From an uncultured Verrucomicrobiae bacterium (GTDB lineage Bacteria > Verrucomicrobiota > Verrucomicrobiia > Limisphaerales > UBA11358): a DNA stretch of 64,000 nucleotides. The position numbers and the translations under genes were made by a program. Where the stretch lies: contig CAWHAH010000004.1 in the NCBI GenBank assembly GCA_963827205.1, positions 192,241-256,240 of the forward strand, read 5' to 3'. Shown here one piece after another: positions 1-8,379 of the stretch; the first letter of the stretch is position 1, and every line of letters begins with the position of its first letter. A model generated the notes under the pieces. The model was not told the DNA's origin. It saw only the letters and a program-made list of their open reading frames with translations, and searched no databases.

Positions 1-1192
1 GGTCGAGCTTGGACGCTTTCCAGGCGGGATAAAAGCCGGAGATGATGCCGACAACGCCGCTGGAGATTGAGGCAATGCCCACCCACGCTATAGGCGTAAA
101 TGTTGGCCAGTGCGTGAGGTAAGCCACCAGCTTGGAAAACCAGTAGCCGCCGACAATCCCAACCAATCCGCTAAGGACGCTCACGGTGACGGCCTCGATG
201 AGAAATTGCACCAGGATGTCGCCGCCGCGCGCGCCCACGGCCATGCGGATGCCGATCTCGCGGGTGCGCTCCGTCACGCTGACGAGCATGATGTTCATAA
301 TGCCGATGCCCCCGACGACCAGCGACACCGCCGCCACACAGGCCAGCAGGACGCTCATGACCCGGGCAGTGGCGGTGGCGGCCTGGGCAATGTCTTCCTG
401 GCTGCGCACGAGGAAGTCCATCGGACCGCCCGGCTTGAGATGGTGGCGCTGCATGAGCAGGGACGTGATTTCCTGCTGCACAATGGGCATGGCCGCCTGG
501 GAAACCGCCTGGACGAGGATCGTATCCACCCAGTCTTCCCGGTTGATGCGCTTTTGAATGGTCATGTAAGGCACGATAACGATGTCGTCCTGATCCTGGC
601 CCATGGGGGACAATCCCTTGGCCTGCAAGACCCCGATGACCTGGCAGGGAACATCGCGGATGCGGATCATTTTGCCGAGGGGCTCCTCGTTGGGAAACAG
701 TTCCTTGACGTCGGTCTGGCCGATAACACAGACCTTGGCGGCGGTGCGAACCTGCTGGTTGTCAAACATTTCACCTTCGGCCAGCGGCCATTGGCGAATC
801 TGGAGATACTCGGGGGATTCGCCCTGGACACTCGTGTTCCAGTTCTGATTCCCGGCAATGATCTGGGTGCGGGTGCGGTTTTCCGGGCTGACCGCGGTCA
901 CGCCCTGGAGTTGCGTTTGAATGGCCAAAGCGTCTTCGAGTTGCAGGCTGTGCCAGTTGCCCCAACCCAGCCGCGCTCCGCTGGAACTGAAGGAGCCGGG
1001 GAAGATGAGCAGCATGTTTTCTCCCAGGCTGGCAATTTGCTCTTCCACCTGTTGTTTGGCGCCGCTGGTGATGCTGACCGAGGCGATGACGGCGCCGACA
1101 CCAATAATCATGCCCAACATCGTCAACACGGTGCGCATCTTGTTCCGGCGCAGCGCGCGGAGGGCGGTTCGGAGCGCGGCAAAAATTCTCAT
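1..1192 (-). CDS. MacB-type ABC transporter permease (FtsX-like), C-terminus outside window
   Basis: Not in the ORF track because it runs off the window. My translation of the minus strand from ATG 1192 gives MRIFAALRTALRALRRNKMRTVLTMLGMIIGVGAVIASVS...SLVVGGIGIMNIMLVSVTERTREIGIRMAVGAR, a typical MacB/FtsX permease. Its ATG overlaps the TGA of the upstream ATPase gene (ATGA at 1189-1192). Confidence 0.85.
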   Translation of the reverse strand, partial: MRIFAALRTALRALRRNKMRTVLTMLGMIIGVGAVIASVSITSGAKQQVEEQIASLGENMLLIFPGSFSSSGARLGWGNWHSLQLEDALAIQTQLQGVTAVSPENRTRTQIIAGNQNWNTSVQGESPEYLQIRQWPLAEGEMFDNQQVRTAAKVCVIGQTDVKELFPNEEPLGKMIRIRDVPCQVIGVLQAKGLSPMGQDQDDIVIVPYMTIQKRINREDWVDTILVQAVSQAAMPIVQQEITSLLMQRHHLKPGGPMDFLVRSQEDIAQAATATARVMSVLLACVAAVSLVVGGIGIMNIMLVSVTERTREIGIRMAVGARGGDILVQFLIEAVTVSVLSGLVGIVGGYWFSKLVAYLTHWPTFTPIAWVGIASISSGVVGIISGFYPAWKASKLD

Positions 1193-1980
1193 GCGGTCAA
1201 TTTGATGGCTTGTTGGGCCTCCTGCAAATGATGCAATTCCGTCCCGGCATTCAACCGGTTTCGAACCACCTCGTCGGTAACCACACGCCCGTCGCGGAGG
1301 ACGACGGTGCGTTTGGTGTAGCGGGCGATGTCCAATTCGTGGGTGACCATGATGATGGTGATGCCCTGGTCATTCAACTGTTGGAACACGCCCATGATTT
1401 CGATGCTGGTCTGGCTGTCGAGATTGCCCGTGGGTTCGTCGGCGAGCAACAGCGCCGGCTGATTCACCAGGGCGCGCGCAATGGCCACGCGCTGTTGCTG
1501 ACCGCCGGAAAGCTGATTGGGATAATGGTCCGCCCGTTGGCTGAGACCGACCAGTTCGAGTGCGCCCAAGGCGCGCTTGCGCTGTTCCTGCGCCGGGATG
1601 TGCTGATGACTGTAAAGCATCGGCATCTCCACGTTTTCCAGAGCGGAGGTGCGTGAGAGCAAATTGAAGCCTTGAAAAACAAAGCCGATTTTCCGGTTGC
1701 GAATGTCAGCCAGGGCGTTGCGGTCCAGCGTCGAAATGTCTATGCCGTCCAGGTCAAAACGGCCGCTGGTCGGGCGATCGAGGCAGCCGATCAGGTTCAT
1801 CAAGGTGGATTTACCGGAGCCACTGGCCCCCATGATGGCGACAAATTCGCCGGGCAAAATCTCCAGCGAGATGCCCTGCACGGCATGCACGTCCACTTCG
1901 CCGGTATGGTAGGTCTTGCGCATGGCTTCCAGTTTGATGACGGGATTCATTGGCTGCGGCTCGGCGGTGTTGCCATTCAA
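1189..1980 (-). CDS. ABC transporter ATP-binding protein (MacB/LolD family)
   Basis: Walker A GASGSGKST, ABC signature LSGGQQQRVAIARAL, Walker B LLLADEPTGNLD. Lies in an operon with the adaptor and permease genes. Confidence 0.95.
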   Translation of the reverse strand: MNGNTAEPQPMNPVIKLEAMRKTYHTGEVDVHAVQGISLEILPGEFVAIMGASGSGKSTLMNLIGCLDRPTSGRFDLDGIDISTLDRNALADIRNRKIGFVFQGFNLLSRTSALENVEMPMLYSHQHIPAQEQRKRALGALELVGLSQRADHYPNQLSGGQQQRVAIARALVNQPALLLADEPTGNLDSQTSIEIMGVFQQLNDQGITIIMVTHELDIARYTKRTVVLRDGRVVTDEVVRNRLNAGTELHHLQEAQQAIKLTA

Positions 1981-2004
1981 GGTGGTTTTTTCCTGGCGGA
2001 ACGC

Positions 2005-3288
2005 TCAAAAACGCCGGCCCGCGGCGAACGGATTCTGCGTCGTCGGGCTGGAAGTCAGCCCGGGAATCGCCAGACCCGTGACTACCTGGTCGCCTTCACT
2101 CAATCCCGACGGCACCTCGGTGTCAATATTGTCGGTGATGCCGGTCCTGACTTGGACGGCCTTCAGCTCCGCGTTTTTGCCCGTGGCCTCGCTGGTCAAC
2201 ACATAGACGGTGTGAATCGGCGATTTTTCACCCGGTCCGTTGCCGCCCCGGCCGCCCCGCCTTCCTCGGCCATTGCCCGGCCGCTGGCCGCTGCCGTTAT
2301 TGGTATTTTGGCCGCTGGCGTTGGCGGCGAGCGCGTTGGTCTCGACCGCGGCCATGTCCACCGGCTGAAAACGCAGCGCCGCATTGGGGATTTCCAAGAC
2401 GTCGTTGTGTTGGGCGACGACAATGGAAACGCTCGCCGTCATGCCGGGTTTCAGGCTGTAATCCGCGTTGGTCACGCCGATGACGGTGTCGTAAGTCACC
2501 ACGTTGTTGACCGTGGTGGGCGCGTTGCGCACCTGGATGACGACTCCTTCAAACGTGCGGTTCGGGTAGGCGTCCACGGTGAAATCCACCGGCTGCCCTT
2601 CCTTGACGCCGCCGATGTCCGCCTCGTCCACGGCGGTGTCAATCTGCATCTTCGTCAGGTCGTTCGCGATTTGAAACAGCGTCGGCGTGTTGAAACTGGA
2701 CGCGACCGTCTGCCCCAGGTCCACCGCGCGCGAGATCACCACGCCGTCCACCGGCGAATGAATTTTGCAATAGCCCAAATTGGCGAGCGCATTGGTGACG
2801 GAGGCCTCTTGAATTTGCACCTGCGCCGCCGCCTCGTCCCGTGTGGCGACAGCCGTGTCGTAATCGGACCCTGAAATCAGGCTGTTGGTGTATAATTTCT
2901 CATCGCGTTGCATCTCGACCTGCTGCAACTCCAGATTGGCCTTGGCATTGGCCAGATTGGCCTTGGCCTGATTGAGCTGGGCTTCGTAGGTCGAAGGGTC
3001 AATCTCCGCGATCACCTCATTCGACTTCACCACCGAATTGAAATCCACATAAAGCCTCGTGATGATGCCGGAAACCTGGCTGCCCACCGTCACATTCACG
3101 ACCGGGTTCAATGTCCCCGTGGCCGTCACCACCTGCGTCAAATCCCCGCGCGTCACTGCCACCGTCTGATAGGCTGGCACGTCTTGCTGTCCGTGCCGGA
3201 AATACCAGACACCGCCGACAACAACCGCGACGGCTGCCAAAAAAACGGCCGCCCACTTTTTCCGTCCGCCGCCTCGATTGTCCGCCAT
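2005..3288 (-). CDS. Efflux transporter periplasmic adaptor subunit (HlyD/MacA family)
   Basis: N-terminal TM anchor, coiled-coil segment (QLNQAKANLANAKANLELQQVEM) and a beta-barrel region typical of membrane fusion proteins. The ORF is open to GTG 3306; ATG 3288 (MADNRGGGRKKW...) is preferred. Confidence 0.9.
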   Translation of the reverse strand: MADNRGGGRKKWAAVFLAAVAVVVGGVWYFRHGQQDVPAYQTVAVTRGDLTQVVTATGTLNPVVNVTVGSQVSGIITRLYVDFNSVVKSNEVIAEIDPSTYEAQLNQAKANLANAKANLELQQVEMQRDEKLYTNSLISGSDYDTAVATRDEAAAQVQIQEASVTNALANLGYCKIHSPVDGVVISRAVDLGQTVASSFNTPTLFQIANDLTKMQIDTAVDEADIGGVKEGQPVDFTVDAYPNRTFEGVVIQVRNAPTTVNNVVTYDTVIGVTNADYSLKPGMTASVSIVVAQHNDVLEIPNAALRFQPVDMAAVETNALAANASGQNTNNGSGQRPGNGRGRRGGRGGNGPGEKSPIHTVYVLTSEATGKNAELKAVQVRTGITDNIDTEVPSGLSEGDQVVTGLAIPGLTSSPTTQNPFAAGRRF

Positions 3289-3426
3289 AAATTTTAATGC
3301 GTGCACCGCTCTTGGTTAAGACAGTGCCAGTGCCGGACAGGTTACCTGATTTTCGGCTCCTGTCCATGTTTTCATCGGTGCACACTTTCGATTTGAGCCG
3401 CCCGCGCCGGTGCTTAGAATCCTTCC

Positions 3427-4461
3427 GTGCTGGAGAAGCTGACTCAACAACTCACCGCCACCCGTCCGCTGGCGGACGAGCAGGTCCTTCTGGCGGTCGA
3501 GCAATTGACCGACGAAAAAATTCCGGCGGCGGTCAAGGCCGGTTTTCTGGCCGCGCTGGCGCAAAAGGGCGAAACGCCCGAGGAAATTACCGCATTCGCC
3601 CGTGCCCTGCGCGACAAATCCATCCAGCCGCCGCTGGATGCTGAAACCCGCACGCGCGAAATTCTCGATGTGGTTGGCACGGGCGGCGACCGCTTGAGCA
3701 CGTTCAACATCTCCACCACCGTCGCCCTCCTTTGCGCCGCCGCCGGTGTGACCGTGGCCAAACACGGCAACCGCGCCGTGACCTCGTCGGTCGGCAGTGC
3801 GGATGTGGTCGAGGAACTCGGCCTCAAGGTTGACTTGTCGCCGGTGGAGGCCGCGCGTTCGCTGCGTGAACACAACTTTGCGTTTTTTTTCGCGCCACGG
3901 TTTCATCCGGCGTTCAAAAATATCGCGCCTGCGCGGAAACTCTGCGCCGAGCGAGGACAGCCCACCATTTTCAACATCCTCGGTCCGCTGCTGAATCCCG
4001 CGCGGCCCAGCGCGTCTCTGGTCGGCGTGCCGCGCCCGGAGCTGTGCGAGCCGCTGGCGCGCGCCCTGCAGTTGCTCGGCGTCCGGCGTGGCATGGTCGT
4101 CTGCGGGCTGGCCGAGGGGAAATATCTGGACGAACTTTCGACGCTCGGCGCAAACCACGTCGCGGAATTTTACCCGGAGCGCGGCCTGGCGGTTTCCAGC
4201 CTGTCGCCGGAAAATTTTCCACGGCAAGAGGCGGCGCTGGCCGCTTTGCGCGGCGGCGACAAATCGGTGAACGCGGAAATCATCCGCCGCATTTTTCGCG
4301 GCGACGAGCGCGGCCCAAAGCGCGACGCGGTTTTGCTCAACGCTGCCGCCGCGCTGTTCGTCGCGGGCAAGGCAAAATCGCTTGCCGAAGGGTGGGATTC
4401 AGCAGCGGAAACGATAGATTCCGGCAAGGCCGCCGCGAAGTTGGCGGAGCTCGCGTGCTGA
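3427..4461 (+). CDS. trpD: Anthranilate phosphoribosyltransferase
   Basis: Motifs GTGGDRLSTFNISTTVALLCAAAGVTVAKHGNRAVTSSVGSADV and ICGLAEGKYLDELS. Length 344 aa. GTG start. Confidence 0.95.
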   Translation: MLEKLTQQLTATRPLADEQVLLAVEQLTDEKIPAAVKAGFLAALAQKGETPEEITAFARALRDKSIQPPLDAETRTREILDVVGTGGDRLSTFNISTTVALLCAAAGVTVAKHGNRAVTSSVGSADVVEELGLKVDLSPVEAARSLREHNFAFFFAPRFHPAFKNIAPARKLCAERGQPTIFNILGPLLNPARPSASLVGVPRPELCEPLARALQLLGVRRGMVVCGLAEGKYLDELSTLGANHVAEFYPERGLAVSSLSPENFPRQEAALAALRGGDKSVNAEIIRRIFRGDERGPKRDAVLLNAAAALFVAGKAKSLAEGWDSAAETIDSGKAAAKLAELAC

Positions 4462-4462
4462 T

Positions 4463-5161
4463 TCAGAGCGGCGTGTCCTTGGCAGCTTCAGCAGCCTCCG
4501 CCTCCTTGATTTCCATTTCGGCATAGTGAAGACCGAGATTGTGTTGCGCGGTCTTGTCGCCTTGGCGCGCGGCCCGGATAAACCACTTCACCGCTTCCCG
4601 CCGGTTTTGCTCCACGCCGCGTCCGGTTTGATAGCAAAGCCCGAGATTGCACTGCGCGGGCGCACATTCCTGCTCGGCGGCGGCGCGATACCATTTCGCC
4701 GCTTCGGTATAATCCTGCGGCACGACCTGGCCGGTTTCGTAGAAGACGCCGAGGTTGAATTGCGCCGCCGGATAGCCGCGCTCGGCTGCTTCGCGATACC
4801 ATTTCACCGCCTCGGCATAATTTTGCGTCACGCCCTGGCCGGTTTCGTAAAGCATGCCCAGATTGAATTGCGCTGCCGGATCGTTCTGCTCCGCCGCCTC
4901 GCGCAGCCACTTGGCCGCCTCGCCAAATTCCTGCGGCACGCCCGTGCCGTGGAGGTAACACACGGCCAGATAACATTGCGCGACCGGGTCGCCCTGGTCC
5001 GCCGAGCGCCGATACCATTTCACCGCCTCCTGATAATCCTGTGCCACGCCCTGGCCGTTTTGAAAGCACACGCCGAGATAGCACTGCGCCTGCGGGTCGC
5101 CTTCTTCGGCGGCCTGGCGCATGGCTTCAAAAGTATCCCAAGTGCGGCGGTTGCTCGGCAT
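4463..5161 (-). CDS. Sel1-like (SLR/TPR) repeat protein
   Basis: Six tandem ~36-aa units of the form A.KWYR.AAEQG...AQ.NLG.CY..G.GV.Q. Convergent with trpD, with 1 nt between the stop codons. Confidence 0.9.
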   Translation of the reverse strand: MPSNRRTWDTFEAMRQAAEEGDPQAQCYLGVCFQNGQGVAQDYQEAVKWYRRSADQGDPVAQCYLAVCYLHGTGVPQEFGEAAKWLREAAEQNDPAAQFNLGMLYETGQGVTQNYAEAVKWYREAAERGYPAAQFNLGVFYETGQVVPQDYTEAAKWYRAAAEQECAPAQCNLGLCYQTGRGVEQNRREAVKWFIRAARQGDKTAQHNLGLHYAEMEIKEAEAAEAAKDTPL

Positions 5162-5293
5162 GGCTCAAAAAACAGGGCTTGGTGGTTATTTCCACACTGC
5201 GTTCAGGATAAGCGCAAGCGGCGCGAATTCAAGCCGCGAGTTGGCCGCTGTTATTTCCTTCCGTTCAACACATCGGCCTGCTACAAGACTTTC

Positions 5294-6112
5294 ATGGTAA
5301 CCCCATTGAAAATCGGCTTTCTTGGCGCGGGCAAAATGGCCACCGCGCTCGCCTGCGGCTTCATTCGCGGTGAACTCGTCAGCCCCCGCGAAATCATCGC
5401 CAGCGACCCGGCGGATGCCGCGCGCAAACATTTCGCCGCCGAAGTCAGCGCGAAAACAGTTGCGGCCAACACTGAAGTCGCGAAATTTGCCGGCGTTTTG
5501 ATTTTGGCGACCAAACCTGACCAGGTTTCAGCCGCGCTGGCGGAAATTCGCGGCGTGTTTACCGAAAAACATCTGCTCATCTCCATCGCCGCCGGCGTGA
5601 CGCTCGCGAAACTCGAAGCCGCGCTGCCCCCCGGCGCGCGCGTCATTCGCGTGATGCCCAACACGCCGGCGCTCGTCGGCGCGGGTGCGTCGGCGTTCGC
5701 GCTCGGCAAATCCGCGACGGCGGCGGACGGCGAGCTGGCGAAAAAACTTCTTTCCGCCGTCGGCCTGGCGCTTCCGGTAAAGGAACCGCTGCTCGATGCC
5801 GTGACCGGCTTGAGCGGCAGCGGCCCGGCGTATGTTTTTCAATTCATCGAGGCGTTGAGCGACGGCGGCGTGGCGGCGGGTTTGCCGCGCGATGTGGCTA
5901 CGAAGCTCGCCGCGCAAACCGTTCTGGGCGGCGCGAAGATGGTTTTGGAAACCGGCGCGCATCCCGGTTCGCTCAAAGACCAGGTGACCAGCCCCGGCGG
6001 CACGACGATTGATGGGTTGCACGAACTGGAAAAAGGCCGGATGCGCGCCGCCGTGATGAGTGCCGTCCGGGCCGCGACGGAAAAATCAAAAAAACTCGGA
6101 CAATCAAATTGA
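5294..6112 (+). CDS. proC: Pyrroline-5-carboxylate reductase
   Basis: MVTPLKIGFLGAGKMATALA Rossmann start and C-terminal VTSPGGTTIDGL motif. The long track ORF 4526-6112 is extended upstream by an antisense shadow of the Sel1 gene. ATG 5294 gives 272 aa. Confidence 0.95.
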   Translation: MVTPLKIGFLGAGKMATALACGFIRGELVSPREIIASDPADAARKHFAAEVSAKTVAANTEVAKFAGVLILATKPDQVSAALAEIRGVFTEKHLLISIAAGVTLAKLEAALPPGARVIRVMPNTPALVGAGASAFALGKSATAADGELAKKLLSAVGLALPVKEPLLDAVTGLSGSGPAYVFQFIEALSDGGVAAGLPRDVATKLAAQTVLGGAKMVLETGAHPGSLKDQVTSPGGTTIDGLHELEKGRMRAAVMSAVRAATEKSKKLGQSN

Positions 6113-6114
6113 GA

Positions 6115-6593
6115 ATGAATAAACCCGCCAAAATCGGTCTGCAAATTTTTGGGGTAATCATTTTACTCGGTGTTGGCTGGTTTACTTTTGCCTATATATT
6201 CCCAATGGTTGTTCTTTTTCACGGTTACCACACACAAATGGCAGCAGGACGAAAATACATGGATTCATTAACTGAGAAGGACATCCAAGTATGGGTTGAA
6301 CGGACTAAAAATTCCTCAATGAATATGATCCGAAAGCATACATAATCGGTGCTAAACCTGTCCCGCCTGAATTGAAGCAATTAAAGATTTTAAGAATAGA
6401 CGAAGACACAAATTGGGTTAGCTATGTCTGGGCGGGTGGTCTTGACCATACAGAACTTTATATCGAACGCATGGCTGACGGTGAATTTCAATTCACCGCA
6501 AGATATAATGACGAAAGTAATAGAGTAATTTGGCCAAAAGCACCGCATACTAATCATTCAACGACTAATCTGCCTTTTCAATTGATTCAGTAA
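6115..6593 (+). CDS. Hypothetical small membrane-anchored protein, apparently frameshifted at an A5 run (6307-6311)
   Basis: ORFs 6109-6345 and 6372-6593. The second frame is open back to 6309 and continues the first as ...VERTK|KFLNEYDPKAYIIGAKPVPPELKQLKIL. One TM helix (IGLQIFGVIILLGVGWFTFAYIF). Local GC is ~39%. Confidence 0.5.
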
Positions 6594-6644
6594 CTCCATG
6601 CTGGCCTTGACGCCGTATTTTCGCGGTGGCTGCTGGTCGGGATT

Positions 6645-6740
6645 ATTTCAAATTTGAAATTTCAGATTTGAAATCCGGAGGCGGGCGGGTGTATTCAAGA
6701 CTCCGGAAATTCCAAATTTGAGATTTCAGATTTCAAAAAA
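6645..6740. repeat. AT-rich imperfect inverted repeat built of GAAAT/ATTTC units around a GC-rich 20-nt loop
   Basis: Arm A 6645-6680 (atttcaaatttgaaatttcagatttgaaatccggag). Arm B 6701-6740 (ctccggaaattccaaatttgagatttcagatttcaaaaaa). The innermost 7 bp are perfect (tccggag/ctccgga). A third copy lies inside the next gene at 7067-7099. Confidence 0.6.
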
Positions 6741-6778
6741 TTAGTCGAAAAATCAACGCCCAACTCAAAAGGACAATC

Positions 6779-7306
6779 ATGACCTATGAACGGTTTGAAG
6801 ACCTGCCCGTCTGGAAAAAGGCGGCGGAACTGTATGAGCAGACCGAGGAATTGCTTGAAAATCACCACTTCAAAGCCACCTCCGCTTTTCGCGACCAACT
6901 GGACCGCGCGGCGCTTTCGGTGTCCAATAACGTCGCCGAAGGCTTTGAGCGCGGCACGACGAATGAATTGTTGCAATTCATTTACATCGCGCGCGGCTCG
7001 GCGGGCGAAGTGCGTTCGATGCTCACCTTGAAATTTCGTCGGACGAACAAAGCCAACGGGCCGGCGGATTTGAAATCTCAAATCTCCAATTTGAAATCCT
7101 GCGCCGAAAGCTGTTCGCGACAGTTGCGCGGTTGGGCGGATTCGCTCCAAAACTCCGAAATCAAAGGCCAACGCCATTTGAATGAACGGGTCCGGGCGCA
7201 GGAGGAGCAAAAACGCCGCGCCGCTGCATTTCAGCAGAAACTTTTGGAAAATCTGCCCGCCAACCATCCTTTGCGGCGCCAGACGGAAGCGCAAGCACGC
7301 GAATAA
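6779..7306 (+). CDS. Four-helix-bundle protein (23S rRNA intervening-sequence protein family) with C-terminal extension
   Basis: N-terminus MTYERFEDLPVWKKAAELYEQTEELL...FRDQLDRAALSVSNNVAEGFERGT..ELLQFIYIARGSAGEV is the family signature as I remember it. AAGGA lies 8 nt upstream of the ATG. The protein is ~55 aa longer than typical members. Confidence 0.85.
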   Translation: MTYERFEDLPVWKKAAELYEQTEELLENHHFKATSAFRDQLDRAALSVSNNVAEGFERGTTNELLQFIYIARGSAGEVRSMLTLKFRRTNKANGPADLKSQISNLKSCAESCSRQLRGWADSLQNSEIKGQRHLNERVRAQEEQKRRAAAFQQKLLENLPANHPLRRQTEAQARE

Positions 7307-7344
7307 ATCGGCTCGGAAGCAAACGAAACGGTTGGTTCCATCGT

Positions 7345-7542
7345 ATGAAGCGGGCACAGCGAAAATCAGAGAAGGCCGGAGACAAAATGCCAACCGAGGC
7401 TGTAGCGCCCAAGGACGAGTCCGGCGAGCCTTGGCGGTTTTGTCCACAGTGCGGGCATGAATTATTCAACGAGAAGTGCAAGCTGTGCTGTCCGCGCTGC
7501 CATTATTTCATGAGCTGCTCGGATTTCGATTTCGCCGGGTGA
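7345..7542 (+). CDS. Small zinc-ribbon protein (hypothetical)
   Basis: 65 aa with CPQC...(12)...CCPRC. An internal ATG at 7387 is also possible. No family recognised. Confidence 0.5.
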   Translation: MKRAQRKSEKAGDKMPTEAVAPKDESGEPWRFCPQCGHELFNEKCKLCCPRCHYFMSCSDFDFAG

Positions 7543-7635
7543 AGACACGGATTGCACGAATTAACGCAAATTTTATCCAGGCCATTTTCATTCGTGCCAA
7601 TTTGTGAAATTCGTGTAAAACTTCCCCTCGATTTC

Positions 7636-8232
7636 ATGAACGATTGGAACATTCAGTCCCGCGCCTCGGCGTGCGAGGCGTGCGCGCAGCCGTTTGCCGA
7701 CCGGCAGGGGTTGCACACGCTGCTCTTTGACGAGCACGCGGAGAATTTGCGCCGCATGGACGTTTGCGAAACCTGCTGGCAAAACCAATTCAGCGATGGC
7801 GCGCGCGACCGCAAAGGATTCATTTCCCACTGGCAAAGCATTTACGAAGTGCCGGCCGCGCCCGTGGACGCGATTCAACGCGAAACCGCCGAGACGCTCC
7901 TGCGAAAACTTATCGAGCAAAACGACCCGTATTATGCGCCCGCGATGTTCATTCTGGCCGTGATGCTCGAACGCAAACGCGTGTTCAAGGTGAAGGAACA
8001 GATTGTCCGCGAAGGCCGGCGCGTGTTCATCTACGAGCAGCCCAAGACCGGCGACGTGTTCACCATCGCCGATCCGGGTTTGCGGCTGGACCAACTGGAA
8101 CAAGTCCAGCGCGACGTGGCGGCCTTGTTGGAACATGGCCTGAACCCGCCTGCGCCCGCCGTCCAAAATCCCGCGCCGGCGGCGGAACAAACTCCTGCAG
8201 TTGAAGTTCCCGAAGGGACAACGCCGGCTTGA
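7636..8232 (+). CDS. Conserved hypothetical protein with N-terminal CxxC...CxxC motif
   Basis: ATG 7636 (MNDWNIQSRASACEACAQPF...VCETCWQ). The coding-like composition is continuous. The stop at 8230-8232 abuts the rnc leader stem. Confidence 0.75.
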   Translation: MNDWNIQSRASACEACAQPFADRQGLHTLLFDEHAENLRRMDVCETCWQNQFSDGARDRKGFISHWQSIYEVPAAPVDAIQRETAETLLRKLIEQNDPYYAPAMFILAVMLERKRVFKVKEQIVREGRRVFIYEQPKTGDVFTIADPGLRLDQLEQVQRDVAALLEHGLNPPAPAVQNPAPAAEQTPAVEVPEGTTPA

Positions 8233-8379
8233 ATTTATGATTTATGATTTACGATTTAGGATTGCCGGTCGTAGTGCGACTTGCGGTGAAGGATTAGCAA
8301 ATTCCCCGGTTTCGGCGTGTGGTTCGACCAGGCGTTCTGACGCGAAAAAATCATCAATCATAAATCGTAAATCATAAAT
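8233..8379 (+). promoter_or_regulatory. Long inverted repeat (31-position stem, 85-nt loop) filling the spacer and covering the rnc start codon; candidate RNase III autoregulatory or processing site
   Basis: 8233-8263 pairs with 8349-8379: 27 Watson-Crick pairs, 1 G-U and 3 mismatches, with 19 consecutive pairs. The arms are GATTTAY heptad repeats. A8378 and U8379 of the ATG lie inside the stem. Confidence 0.55.

Noticed and set aside
4461-4463. trpD and the Sel1-repeat gene converge with a 1-nt gap and no terminator hairpin.
   Set aside because: This is a real observation but unremarkable. Tight convergent gene ends are common in compact bacterial genomes, and there is nothing further to test from the sequence.
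6645-8379. Could the heptad-like AT-rich repeats (GAAAT/ATTTC, GATTTAY, TTAATC units) be degenerate CRISPR arrays or tandem VNTRs?
   Set aside because: The units are only 6-7 nt and contiguous, with no spacers. They are arranged as inverted arms, and no cas genes are present. This is inconsistent with CRISPR.
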